From assembly GCA_938029215.1 (NCBI GenBank), contig CALHFG010000018.1, forward strand, positions 49,444 to 113,443: a stretch of DNA of 64,000 bases, given 5' to 3'. A program made the position numbers and the translations under genes. Every line of letters begins with the position of its first letter. Positions within the stretch are counted from its first letter, which is position 1. The notes beneath the pieces are model-generated. The model was not told the origin of the DNA, ran no database searches, and was given only the letters and a program-made list of their open reading frames with translations. This document shows positions 23,607 through 33,800 of this stretch, piece after piece. This stretch comes from an uncultured Acidimicrobiales bacterium. Lineage in GTDB: Bacteria; Actinomycetota; Acidimicrobiia; Acidimicrobiales; SZUA-35.

Positions 23607-25334
23607 TTAGGCCCGCGGTGGGTCCACCGCTATGGAAACTCGCCCTTCCTTTGGTCGGGTGAGATCCGACAATGCCTCCGACACTGCTCGGCGATCGCTT
23701 CCCTTCACCAGAAACCGTCCGTCTCGATCCGGACCGATGACGTCGACGTCCAATCGAGCCCCAAGGGGTTCGGTAAATGACGCCGCGCCCGCACCGCTGA
23801 CCATCGCCAAGCCGCGGTAGGGAGGCATGTCACTCATCTGACGAAGCTCGAGTTCCTCGGCAGTAAAGAGTTCGGGCTGTGCTCGGGAGGCGGCCCGCAA
23901 GACCCGATGGTCGGGAACCCGGGTCTGGACGAGCACCCGACCACCTCCAGTCCGTGGACCAACAAGTGCTGCTGCTCGCGCCAAGAGTGTCATCGACTGT
24001 TCCGCGGCGCGATAGCGGGCCGCGAGCACCTCGTTGTCAAAGTCGAGAAAGGCAACGGTGTCCACAGCCCCGATCCGGTGGAGCAGTGCCTCGGTTCCCA
24101 CCATCACACGGTGTTCTAGACCTTCGCCTGCGGCGGTGGTTCCCACTACCTCCCCTACCGGTTCGCGCAGAAGCGTGGAAAGTTCCTCCGCGGCGCGGCT
24201 CACACCCAAGCGAAGTCGCTTCAGCTTGGTGCCCGAGCACGCCAAACAGATCCGAGGGCGTGTTTCACCCGAGCGCAAAGCAAGCAGGCCGGCGTCATCC
24301 TCGATCATCAATTCATCGCCCGAGGTGGAGCGCACCAGCTCGCCACATGTTGCACAGGCCAACATCACCGCCCGGCCCTTCCGGTTGAGGATGCACACCG
24401 CTCGCCCGGACTCTCGTAGCCGGCGGATCAGCGGACCGCTGAAAAGACCCGTTCGGCCGGGTTCGTCGTCCCGGCGATCGATCACCTGCACGACCGGCCA
24501 GCCCGACCGCTCGGCGGTCCGATTGGGAAGGCGAACGTCTTCGGTGGCAGCAAGTGCCGCTGGGCTCGGGGACGCACTGACCAGCAGGCAGGGAATGTTG
24601 GCCCGTCGTGCCCGCTCAATCGCCACATCCCTCGCGTGCCACGTGGGATTGCGCTCGTTCTGCAACGCATCGTCATGCTCGTCGAGAACCACGATAGACC
24701 TCAGGCCCGGGACCGAAGCGAAGACCGCTGATCGAGCACCGAGCACGACACCACCCTCAAACCCGCCAGCCCACTGTTTGGGATAGCGGTGGGTCCGTAC
24801 TCCGGTCCGACTCAAGCGACCGGCAAACGCTGCTGCGGCTTTTTGATCCGGCGTCACAACAAGCGTTGGCCCGCGAGCGGCCGCCGTTCGGAGGATTTCG
24901 AATCGGTCTGACGCCGGAGCGCTCCGCACAACTCTGGGCCCCGCGCCATCGAACAGGACCTCAAGCCCGTCGGTTGGTCCCCCGGCAATGCTCACACTGG
25001 CTGGCCGAGGGAGCGAACGCACAAAGGGCTCTGGCGAGGCGGTCTTTAACACCGCTGCCCAACGGCCCGCCCATTCGTGACTGACCCACTGGGCCAGTTC
25101 GACGACGTCTTCGGTTGGTCCAACCGATGAACTCTTCAGGAGCGGTTCGAGCTTCACGCCGGCGGGCGGGTCGACATCGACCGCCACCACCCATCCAGCG
25201 GTCCTGCGGTTATGCAGCTGAACCCGGACCAGCGAACCGACCGCGATCGGTGGGCCGCCAAGGTCGTCGGGCACAAAGTAGTCAAAGACCTTGTTCAGAC
25301 CCGAAACATCGGGCAGGACGCGCACGACCCGCAT
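23607..25334 (-). CDS. priA: primosomal protein N' (PriA), short actinobacterial type
   Basis: 575 aa. N-terminal VRVLPDVSGLNKVFDYFVP, motif II VVLDEHDD and a Cys cluster (CATCG...CLACSG). The Walker A position reads SAPASDRF. It sits next to metK, as in actinobacterial synteny. Confidence 0.85.
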   Translation of the reverse strand: MRVVRVLPDVSGLNKVFDYFVPDDLGGPPIAVGSLVRVQLHNRRTAGWVVAVDVDPPAGVKLEPLLKSSSVGPTEDVVELAQWVSHEWAGRWAAVLKTASPEPFVRSLPRPASVSIAGGPTDGLEVLFDGAGPRVVRSAPASDRFEILRTAAARGPTLVVTPDQKAAAAFAGRLSRTGVRTHRYPKQWAGGFEGGVVLGARSAVFASVPGLRSIVVLDEHDDALQNERNPTWHARDVAIERARRANIPCLLVSASPSPAALAATEDVRLPNRTAERSGWPVVQVIDRRDDEPGRTGLFSGPLIRRLRESGRAVCILNRKGRAVMLACATCGELVRSTSGDELMIEDDAGLLALRSGETRPRICLACSGTKLKRLRLGVSRAAEELSTLLREPVGEVVGTTAAGEGLEHRVMVGTEALLHRIGAVDTVAFLDFDNEVLAARYRAAEQSMTLLARAAALVGPRTGGGRVLVQTRVPDHRVLRAASRAQPELFTAEELELRQMSDMPPYRGLAMVSGAGAASFTEPLGARLDVDVIGPDRDGRFLVKGSDRRAVSEALSDLTRPKEGRVSIAVDPPRA

Positions 25335-25352
25335 CGTCAGCTACCGCAGCCA

Positions 25353-25369
25353 CCCCCGGGCTCCCCGGG
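25353..25369 (-). terminator. GC-only hairpin CCCCGGG-CTC-CCCGGGG, 11 nt downstream of the metK stop
   Basis: Read directly. 7-bp perfect stem, 3-nt loop, no U-tract. priA starts 19 nt further on, so this may be a partial terminator or a processing site. Confidence 0.3.
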
Positions 25370-25379
25370 GCTGGTGCGT

Positions 25380-26585
25380 CTAGAGGTTGAGGGCACTCTT
25401 CAAGGCATCGGCCCGATCGGTGCGCTCCCAGGTAAAGAAGCCATCTTCGGTTGCTGGTCGACCGAAGTGTCCATATGCAGCGGTTGGGGCATAGATCGGC
25501 CGACGAAGATCGAGGTCGTCAAGAATTGCTCCCGGACGCAGGTCGAAAACTTCGTTGACGGCGGCACTAATCTGGACTGGGTCAACGGTTTCGGTTCCGA
25601 AGGTTTCGACGAGCACCGAGATTGGTCGAGCGACGCCAATGGCGTACGCAACCTGAACTTCGCACCGGCTTGCGGCACCAGCTGCAACGACGTTCTTCGC
25701 AACCCATCGGGTAGCGTATGCGGCCGAACGGTCAACCTTCGACGGGTCTTTGCCACTAAAGGCTCCGCCGCCGTGACGAGCAGATCCGCCGTAGGTATCG
25801 ACGATGATCTTGCGACCGGTCAGACCCGCATCGCCGACCGGACCGCCGATGACGAAGTTCCCGGTCGGGTTGACCAGCACCTCGTAGTCGTCACCGGCGA
25901 AGGCATCAGGGATGACGGGGCGAATGACATTTTCGATGAGATCGGGGCGGATCATACTGTCGCGGTTCACGCCCGGATCGTGTTGGGTAGAGACAAGCAC
26001 GGTCTTCAGGCGAACCGGACGACCGTTCTCGTAGTCGAAACTGACCTGCGTCTTGCCGTCCGGACGCAAGTAGGGAACCGTTCCCGCACGGCGAACCTCT
26101 GCGAGACGTTCAGCCATGCGATGGGACAGATGGATGGGCAACGGCATCAGCTCGTCTGTCTCGTCACATGCGTACCCGAACATCATGCCCTGATCGCCCG
26201 CACCCTGTTCGTCGTACTTGTCGCCCGAGGCCGCACCGGAGCGGAGCTCTTCGGACTTGTCGACGCCGGCAGCGATGTCGGTGGACTGTTCGTCGAGGCT
26301 GATCATCACGCCACAGGTTGCGCCGTCGAAGCCATAGCTCTCGGAGTTGTAGCCGATCTTGGTGATGCGGTCGCGCACAACCTTGGGGATATCGACGTAG
26401 GCACTCGTGGTGACCTCGCCAGCCACGATTGCCAGGCCCGTGGTCACCAGGGTCTCGCATGCAACTCGGCTCATCGGATCCTGTTCGAGAAGCGCATCGA
26501 GAATCGAGTCAGAGATCTGATCTGCCATCTTGTCGGGGTGACCCTCGGTTACGGATTCAGAGGTGAAGGTGAAGTTTTCAGCCAC
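25380..26585 (-). CDS. metK: S-adenosylmethionine synthase
   Basis: 401 aa. [51 protein letters not shown]. Confidence 0.97.
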   Translation of the reverse strand: MAENFTFTSESVTEGHPDKMADQISDSILDALLEQDPMSRVACETLVTTGLAIVAGEVTTSAYVDIPKVVRDRITKIGYNSESYGFDGATCGVMISLDEQSTDIAAGVDKSEELRSGAASGDKYDEQGAGDQGMMFGYACDETDELMPLPIHLSHRMAERLAEVRRAGTVPYLRPDGKTQVSFDYENGRPVRLKTVLVSTQHDPGVNRDSMIRPDLIENVIRPVIPDAFAGDDYEVLVNPTGNFVIGGPVGDAGLTGRKIIVDTYGGSARHGGGAFSGKDPSKVDRSAAYATRWVAKNVVAAGAASRCEVQVAYAIGVARPISVLVETFGTETVDPVQISAAVNEVFDLRPGAILDDLDLRRPIYAPTAAYGHFGRPATEDGFFTWERTDRADALKSALNL

Positions 26586-26624
26586 GGCAGATGCTTTCTA
26601 GTAATGGGAATAGTCAGTGGTTGG

Positions 26625-27827
26625 TCAGAGGCGTTGAGAGATCATGACACAGAGCTCGGTTCCGATCTCTGCTTTGGACCGCAGCGAGAGTGCGACCTCG
26701 CTGCCGTCGATGGCATACACCGTCACGGCGTTGGTGCTGTGGGCAAAGCCGGTGTTCTCGCCCGCCACATTGTTGGCGACGATCATGTCGGCGCCCTTCC
26801 GTGACAGCTTTCCTCGGGCGTTGTCGGCCACGTTGGACGTTTCGGCTGCGAAGCCCACCAAGAGCGCGTGTAACTCGCCGTTGGCTTTTCGCTTGCCAAG
26901 ATCAGCCAAGATGTCGACCGTCGGGGTGAGCACAATCTGGGGTACGCCGTCGGCCTTCTTGATCTTGTGCGGAGCGATCTCGGAAGGGGCGAAGTCCGCC
27001 ACCGCTGCAGCCATCACGATCGCGTCTGCGTCCGATGCTGCGCGGAGCACTTCTCGATGCAATTCGGCCGCAGTAACCACGTCGGTTCGTTCGATCTGCG
27101 AGCCGCTGGGGAGGTTGGAGGTGGTGATGAGTCTCACCTTGGCGCCGGCGCGGGCCGCGGCCTCAGCGATCGCATGCCCTTGCTTGCCCGTTGATCGATT
27201 TCCGATAAATCGAACCGGGTCGATTGGCTCTCGGGTCCCACCGGCGGTCACGACCACAGTTCGACCATCGAGAACCTGCGGGATGTCAGCGCCGAGCGTG
27301 GCGATCGCGGTTTGGACGACCGTCTCGGGGGCGGCGAGCCGCCCCTTGCCGATATCTCCACCGGCAAGCCGTCCTTCTTCGGGTGGAACGATCACCACGC
27401 CGCGGTCCATCAGAACACCGATGTTCTCTTGGATGGCGGGGTGGTCCCACATCTCAGTATGCATCGCGGGACAGATGACGACCGGAGCTTCTGTCGCCAC
27501 CAGTGTGGCCGACAGCAGATCGCCCGAACGCCCCGTCCGCATGTCGGAAATGATCCGGGCCGTTGCGGGGCACACCACGATCAGGTCGGCGGTCTGACCC
27601 AAGTGGGTATGCGGGATGGTGTGGGAGTCATTCCATAGAGATGTCTTGGGCGGCTCGGAAGCCAAGGCCCGGAACGTGGTCTCTCCCACCATGTTGAGCG
27701 CAGCATCGGTGAGAACAGGGATCACGTGAGCGCCAGCATCCACCAGGCGCCGACAGACTTCGATCGACTTATACGCCGCGATGCCGCCGGTGACGCCAAG
27801 GACGACCCGCTTGCCCGACAGCGGCAT
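26625..27827 (-). CDS. coaBC: bifunctional phosphopantothenoylcysteine decarboxylase / phosphopantothenate-cysteine ligase
   Basis: 400 aa. GVTGGIAAYKS, PAMHTEMW, VTAGGTREPIDPVRFIGNRSTGKQG. Confidence 0.95.
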   Translation of the reverse strand: MPLSGKRVVLGVTGGIAAYKSIEVCRRLVDAGAHVIPVLTDAALNMVGETTFRALASEPPKTSLWNDSHTIPHTHLGQTADLIVVCPATARIISDMRTGRSGDLLSATLVATEAPVVICPAMHTEMWDHPAIQENIGVLMDRGVVIVPPEEGRLAGGDIGKGRLAAPETVVQTAIATLGADIPQVLDGRTVVVTAGGTREPIDPVRFIGNRSTGKQGHAIAEAAARAGAKVRLITTSNLPSGSQIERTDVVTAAELHREVLRAASDADAIVMAAAVADFAPSEIAPHKIKKADGVPQIVLTPTVDILADLGKRKANGELHALLVGFAAETSNVADNARGKLSRKGADMIVANNVAGENTGFAHSTNAVTVYAIDGSEVALSLRSKAEIGTELCVMISQRL

Positions 27828-27832
27828 GGTGG

Positions 27833-28201
27833 CTACTTCTTGTCGGCAGCTTCGGCAGCGGCAGCTTTGGCGGCCTCTGCTTCAGCAGCAGCCGCATCCG
27901 CGGCGGCCTGAGCCTCGGCGGCTGCAGCTTCAGCCTCAGCCTCCAGATCTCGTTCAACCCGCAGAATCTTGTCGGCCGCGATCTCCTCGAACGCGATCGA
28001 TAGCGGCTTCCGGGCAACCGAGGCCACCTGAGGAGGTACGTGGGTTCCGACACCTTCGGAGTTCAAATCCCCGAAGTAGGCGTTGATCTGACGTGCTCGG
28101 GTCGACGCAAAGGTGCACAGCCCAAACTTGGAGTCTGTGCGCTCCAGCAGCTCCTCAACAGAGGGTTCCATCATCGAATCAGTCCGCTCACTCATAGCCA
28201 T
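27833..28201 (-). CDS. rpoZ: DNA-directed RNA polymerase subunit omega with an Ala/Glu-rich C-terminal tail
   Basis: 122 aa. VEELLERTDSKFGLCTFASTRARQINAYF core, then EAEAEAAAAEAQAAADAAAAEAEAAKAAAAEAADKK. Confidence 0.9.
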   Translation of the reverse strand: MAMSERTDSMMEPSVEELLERTDSKFGLCTFASTRARQINAYFGDLNSEGVGTHVPPQVASVARKPLSIAFEEIAADKILRVERDLEAEAEAAAAEAQAAADAAAAEAEAAKAAAAEAADKK

Positions 28202-28217
28202 CCAATCCTATCGGCAA

Positions 28218-28784
28218 TTACCGCTCGCTGGTGATTATCCGGCGGAGCTCCTCCACAGTTTCTTCAACGGTGTGGTTTACCACGACCTTGGCCCCGAGCT
28301 CGATACCCGCAGTGGCCTCTTCTGCCGCCTTGGCTACCCGTGCTGCCACCTTCTCGGGAGGGTCGCCACGGTATTCCAATCGAGCCCGCTGGGCCTCCGG
28401 GGATGGCGCTTCGATGAAGATGAGGATCGGATCATCCACGAGGTCGACCACTTGGCGTGCACCCTGGACGTCGATCTCCAAAATGATGTCTGCACCCTCG
28501 GGGGCAGTAGGGACCGGCGTGCCATAAAAGTTGCCCAGGAACTCGGCCCATTCCAGGAAGCCGCCCTTGTCTCGCAACGCAATGAAATCCTCGCGCGACG
28601 AAAACACGTAGGCATCATCGGGCTCGCCCGGTCTCTGCTCCCTCGTCGTCCAGCTGCGACTCAGCCAAAGATCGGGGTACTTTTCGACAAGCGCCGCGAC
28701 AACCGTCCCCTTCCCGACACCGCCGGGACCGGAGACAACGACAACTCGCCCCGTATTGTTCGTTCGGCTGTCGCCTTGGTTCAG
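28218..28784 (-). CDS. gmk: guanylate kinase; the start is non-canonical (CTG 28784 proposed)
   Basis: Own translation: LNQGDSRTNNTGRVVVVSGPGGVGKGTVVAALVEKYPDLWLSRSWTTREQRPGEPDDAYVFSSREDF... The P-loop lies upstream of the first canonical start (GTG 28607, used by the track). There is an in-frame TGA at 28845-28847 and no ATG/GTG/TTG between it and 28607. Confidence 0.85.
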   Translation of the reverse strand: MNQGDSRTNNTGRVVVVSGPGGVGKGTVVAALVEKYPDLWLSRSWTTREQRPGEPDDAYVFSSREDFIALRDKGGFLEWAEFLGNFYGTPVPTAPEGADIILEIDVQGARQVVDLVDDPILIFIEAPSPEAQRARLEYRGDPPEKVAARVAKAAEEATAGIELGAKVVVNHTVEETVEELRRIITSER

Positions 28785-29095
28785 GAGAATGCCTCCAGCA
28801 GGGCCGCACGTTGCTTGGCCCCGAGTCCGGAGAGTCGTCGAGATTCAGCAATCCCGAGATCTTCCATCGATCTACGTGCCCCAACCTTGCCCACACCGGG
28901 CAAGGATTCGAGCACAGCAAGCACTTTGATCTTCGCAATCACTTCGTCCGCGTCGGCCTGATCCAGAAGCTCAGGCAGCGTGACACTGCCCATCTTCAGG
29001 CGATGCTTGACCTCGGATCGAATCTTGCGCACCTCGGCAGCCTTCGCCAGGGCTGCCCTTCGCTGTTCATCTGTAAGTTTCGGAGGAGTAGGCAT
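28781..29095 (-). CDS. mihF: actinobacterial integration host factor
   Basis: 104 aa. LTDEQRRAALAKAAEVR...LESLPGVGKVGARRSMEDLGI...SGLGAKQRAALLE. Confidence 0.9.
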   Translation of the reverse strand: MPTPPKLTDEQRRAALAKAAEVRKIRSEVKHRLKMGSVTLPELLDQADADEVIAKIKVLAVLESLPGVGKVGARRSMEDLGIAESRRLSGLGAKQRAALLEAFS

Positions 29096-29142
29096 GCTTC
29101 TACCGTAACGGAAATGAAACGAAAGATATAGTCACCCGACGA

Positions 29143-29850
29143 TCAAACAAGGCCTGCGAACAGGGCTGATGCCGCAGCAGCGGGATCCTCAGCCAGTGTG
29201 ACGGCCCGTCCAACCACCAAGAGATCGGCACCCAAGTCGAGTGCTTCCGAAGGCGTGACCGCTTTCGGTTGATCGTGCCGCTCACCCGAGGCTGCACGGA
29301 TTCCGGGGGTGACCCGCATGATCCGGGGGGCCATTTCGCCGATGCTCTTCAGGTCAGGAGCCGAACACACGATGCCACCACAGCCGGCCTCGATCGCGGT
29401 GCGCAACCGATTGGGGACAATGTGGTCCGGAGCGGTGTCGTCGCTGGTCAGGACGGTAATCGCAAGTGCGACGGGCTCAGCCAGCCCGGCGTTCGAGGCC
29501 CCTTCCGCCAACCCTTCGGCTCCAGCGCGCATCATCGTGGAACCGCCATGAGCATGCATTGTGAGGTAGCTGACACCCAGTGCACCTGCGACTTTGGAAG
29601 CCTTCTTGACAGTGGTGGGGATGTCGTGAAGTTTGAGGTCGAGAAAGACATCCATTCCCTGGTCGACGATGGCGCCGATCGCATCGGGGCCGGCAGCTGT
29701 GTAGAGCTCGAGTCCGATCTTGGCGACGCCAAACCATGGCTTCAAATCGCGAGCGAGTCGATTGGCTTGCACCAAGTCGTCTACATCGAGGGCCAAGGCC
29801 ATCTTTTCTCGAAGGGCTGCTGGCAGCCCACCGGTTGCATCACTGGACAT
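29143..29850 (-). CDS. pyrF: orotidine 5'-phosphate decarboxylase
   Basis: LALDVDD...FLDLKLHDIPTTV...HAHGG. Start moved from GTG 29862 to ATG 29850, which follows GAGGAG. Confidence 0.9.
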   Translation of the reverse strand: MSSDATGGLPAALREKMALALDVDDLVQANRLARDLKPWFGVAKIGLELYTAAGPDAIGAIVDQGMDVFLDLKLHDIPTTVKKASKVAGALGVSYLTMHAHGGSTMMRAGAEGLAEGASNAGLAEPVALAITVLTSDDTAPDHIVPNRLRTAIEAGCGGIVCSAPDLKSIGEMAPRIMRVTPGIRAASGERHDQPKAVTPSEALDLGADLLVVGRAVTLAEDPAAAASALFAGLV

Positions 29851-29942
29851 AGTTCTCCTCACAATTGTCCCGCCGAGACGTTAGTAGATGACGCCGGCTG
29901 GCTGGTGGTTCAACCCGAGACCCGCCAAACGCCTCCAACCGT

Positions 29943-30884
29943 CTACAACGAGGGGGCCTCAATTGGGCGCAGATCTGCAGTCCCAATGAGTTCTGAGAAC
30001 GTTCCGACCTGCTGAGCTTCGAGCCATGGCTCGAGCTCGGTGATGAGCCGGAAGCAGGTGCGGGGATCGGAGAAGTTGGCCGTGCCAACCTGAACCGCCG
30101 ATGCACCGACCAGCGCGAACTCGATGACATCTTCGACCGAGGCGACACCACCAGCAGCCACTATCGGTGCCGCTGGGAGTTCCCTGTGGACCTCCGAAAC
30201 CGCCTTTACGGCCAAGGGGTGAATCGCGGGCCCCGAGACCCCACCGGCACCGTTTCCGATCCGGGGTCGCCTGGTTATGGGATCAACGCTTAGACCCATG
30301 TAGGTGTTGGACACCGTCAGCGCATTTGCTCCAGCATCCATGGCAGCCCGTGCGACCGGTAACAGCATGGGTCCCGCGTTTGGGCTCAACTTCGCCCAAC
30401 GTGGCCGGTTCGCTGCGCCGGTAGCCAACATGACGGCCTTCGTAGCGTCGACGGAGTGAGCGAACAATTCGTTGCCCTTCTCGGTGTTTGGACAGCTGAT
30501 GTTGACCTCGACCGCTACAACCTCTGGAGGCAGGGAAGCGACCATCGACGCTGCCTGTTCGTATTCTTCCACCGACCGGCCCCAGATGGAGACAACAACA
30601 TCGGCGCCCGACCCGATGAGCGATGGCAACTCGTCCCGTGCCCAGGCTTGGATCCCTGGTCCCTGCAGTCCGACCGAATTGATCATTCCGCTCGGCGTTT
30701 GGTGTACGCGAACCGCAGCATTGCCAGCCCAAGGCGAGGGCAGGAGAGACTTAACGACCACTGCGCCGAGGGAAGACAGGTCACCAAAGGCGCCTAGTTC
30801 CCCACCATGACCACCAGTCCCCGAGGCTGGCATGATGGGCGCCTTCAGCGTGAGGTCACCGACCGTTGTCGATATGTCAGCCAC
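29943..30884 (-). CDS. pyrD: dihydroorotate dehydrogenase, class 1 (Cys catalytic base)
   Basis: 313 aa. IMPASGTGG, VEVNISCPNT, GGVSGPAIHPLAV. GTG start. Confidence 0.9.
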   Translation of the reverse strand: MADISTTVGDLTLKAPIMPASGTGGHGGELGAFGDLSSLGAVVVKSLLPSPWAGNAAVRVHQTPSGMINSVGLQGPGIQAWARDELPSLIGSGADVVVSIWGRSVEEYEQAASMVASLPPEVVAVEVNISCPNTEKGNELFAHSVDATKAVMLATGAANRPRWAKLSPNAGPMLLPVARAAMDAGANALTVSNTYMGLSVDPITRRPRIGNGAGGVSGPAIHPLAVKAVSEVHRELPAAPIVAAGGVASVEDVIEFALVGASAVQVGTANFSDPRTCFRLITELEPWLEAQQVGTFSELIGTADLRPIEAPSL

Positions 30885-30887
30885 GAA

Positions 30888-33800
30888 TCAACGCGTGCGA
30901 ACGCTTTGGAGCGAGCGGACGGTCAGAGGGGCGGTTGCCCACTCGGTAAGTCCGATCGCAATCGCCGACGCTGCGGCCACGGTGGTGATCAACGGGATGT
31001 TATTGATAGAAGCCGCGGTTCGAATGTAGGAACCATCGGCCCGAGCGCCTCGCCCGGCTGGCGTGTTCACGACGAGCGACACGTCGCCAGCCCGAATTGC
31101 ATCGATCGCGGTTCGGCCGTCAACACCGTCCATTACGTCGCCGTCCTCGCCTAGCTTGGCCAGTGTTTCAACAACCTCGATACCCTCTGCGGCCAGCGCC
31201 GCCGCGGTGCCTGCCGTGGCGATAAAGGAAAACCCGATCTTGTGAAAGGCCTTGGCCGACTCGATACCGCGGGCTTTATCGCGATCTGCCAGCGACAAGA
31301 AGATGGCGCCGTCGTTCATTGATTCGGGCGACAAGTCCATGCCCGATCCCAGCTGAGCCTTCACAAACGCCAAGCCCGGGGATGAGTCCAGGCCCATAAC
31401 TTCACCGGTGCTGCGCATCTCGGGGCCCAACAACGCATCGGTATCGGGGAAACGGCCGAAAGGAAGAACCGCTTCCTTCACTGCGAACAAGCCGGACATC
31501 GGACTGGTCCGATCGACCAAACCTTCGGCCTCAACCTCGGCGAGGGTGGACCCAGCCATGAGCCGGGCCGCTACCTTCGCCAACGGCCGGTCGGTTGCTT
31601 TGGCAACGAACGGCACCGTTCGGGACGCACGAGGGTTGGCCTCGATGACGTACACGTTGTCACTGCCGTCGTCGCTTACCTGGACCGCGAACTGAACATT
31701 GATAAGCCCGACCACGCTGAGCTCATCGGCGATAGCCTTTGCGTGACCTTCCAGGATCGAAATGGTCTCCGCCGACAGATTGGGCGGAGGGAGAACACAG
31801 GCCGAGTCTCCACTGTGGACACCCGCCTCCTCAACGTGTTCCATCACGCCGCCGATCATTACTTCACCGGTGTTGTCACGAAGGGCATCGACATCCACCT
31901 CGGTGGCGTCATCCAAGAATCGATCGATCAGCACGGGCCGCTCCGCGGACAAGCCACCTTCTCGCCCCAGAGATCCGTCGGAAGCCATCGCCTGCATGGC
32001 TGCGGTGAGGTCGTCGTCGTTGAACACGATCTCCATTGCTCGACCACCGAGGACATAGCTGGGGCGCACGAGGACCGGGTAGCCAACGTCGTTCGCAATA
32101 CCGACCGCCTCGGAGATCCCCGACGCAGTCCCACCCGGAGGCTGGGGAATACCAGCCCGCTCACACAGTCCTGCCCACTCTTCGCGATCCTCCGCCAGAT
32201 CGATGCTGGCCGGTGAGGTGCCAAGAACGAGCTCGGGGGGGAGAAGATTTGCCAGTTTCAACGGAGTCTGACCGCCGAGGGAAACAATGACACCCACCGG
32301 GTCTTCCACGTCGATGACGTTCATCACGTCTTCATAGGTCAGCGGTTCGAAGTACAGGCGATCGGACGTGTCGTAGTCGGTGCTGACGGTCTCGGGGTTG
32401 CAGTTGACCATCACGGTCTCATAGCCCGCGTCGGAGAGAGCAAAGCTGGCGTGGACACAGCAGTAGTCAAACTCGATCCCCTGACCAATCCGATTGGGTC
32501 CGGACCCGAGAATGACAATGCGTGGTTTGGTGCCGGGTCGCACCTCACTCTCATCCTCGTACGTCGAATAGTGATAGGGCGTAAACGCCTCGAACTCGCC
32601 CGCACAGGTGTCGACGGTCTTGAACGTTGGAGCGACTCCGACCTCTAGACGCTTCGATCGAACCGTCGCCTCATCGGCACCGAGAATCTGGGCCAACTGG
32701 GCATCTGAGAACCCAAGCTGCTTAGCCCGGCGCCACTGCGCTCTGGACATCCCATCGACGGACTCTCCACTCAACGCGGATGCCTCTTCGGTGATGTAGG
32801 ACATTTGATCGACGAACCACGGATCGATCTGGGTGACCTCTACCACCTCCTCGATCGTCATGCCGCGCCGCAGACCTTCCTCTACTTCAAACAACCGGTC
32901 GGGCGTGGCGATGGACATCTTGACCCTCAAATCGTCCAGTGACACGTCGGCGAAGCGCTCGGCCCCCGGCCCGTAGTTCAGACCGGTGTGACCCTGCTCC
33001 AACGATCGGCATGCCTTTTGCAGACTTTCGGTGAAGGTGCGGCCGATAGCCATCACCTCACCAACGCTTTGCATTGCGGTGCCTAGTGTGTCTTTGGTAC
33101 CGGGGAACTTCTCGAAGGTCCAACGCGGAATCTTGGTGACGACATAGTCGATTACCGGCTCGAAACTGGCTGGCGTAACACCCGTGATGTCGTTGGTGAT
33201 CTGGTCGAGCGTGTAGCCGACCGCCAACTTGGCGGCGATCTTCGCGATAGGAAACCCGGTGGCCTTTGAAGCCAGAGCGGACGAACGAGAAACGCGCGGG
33301 TTCATCTCGATCACGACCATCCGACCGGTCTCGGGATGTACCGCGAATTGCACGTTCGAGCCGCCGGTTTCGACGCCCACTCGGCGGAGCACAGCGAACG
33401 CTGCATTTCGCATCTCTTGATATTCGACGTCGGTCAAGGTCTGAATCGGTGCCACCGTGATCGAGTCACCGGTGTGAACGCCCATGGGGTCGACGTTCTC
33501 GATTCCACAGATGATCACCTGGTTATCCAGACGATCGCGCATGACCTCGAGTTCGAATTCTTTCCATCCGGTGATGGATTCTTCAACCAGGATCTCATTT
33601 GCCGGGCTGGCATCGAGGCCGTTTCGGCAAACCTTGATGAACTCTTCGGGCGTGTGAGCAATGCCAGTGCCCCGACCGCCCAAGATGTAGGCGGGTCGAA
33701 TAATTACCGGAAGGCTGATCTTTTCGAGAACTTCATGCGCCTCCTCCATCGTGGTTGCGATGCCACTTCGAGGCACATCCAGTCCGATTTCGAGCATCGC

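Noticed and set aside
26586-26624. Expected SAM riboswitch upstream of metK
   Set aside because: Only 39 nt separate metK from the coaBC stop, which is too short for any SAM riboswitch class. metK is probably co-transcribed with coaBC.
25212-26804. 530-aa plus-strand ORF, the longest unannotated ORF in the window
   Set aside because: It runs antisense to metK and coaBC, which have unmistakable motifs. Its translation is Arg/Gly/Val-rich with no recognisable motif. This is a typical high-GC shadow ORF.
27840-27960. GCAGC/GCGGC-rich repetitive tract that looks like a short tandem repeat or array
   Set aside because: It lies inside the rpoZ reading frame and encodes the Ala/Glu tail. There is no repeat-spacer structure, so it is not a CRISPR or satellite locus.
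28607-28784. Possibility that gmk is a frameshifted pseudogene or starts at GTG 28607
   Set aside because: The P-loop and the rest of the enzyme are in one continuous frame with no internal stop. Only the initiation codon is unusual. A start at 28607 would delete the ATP-binding loop.
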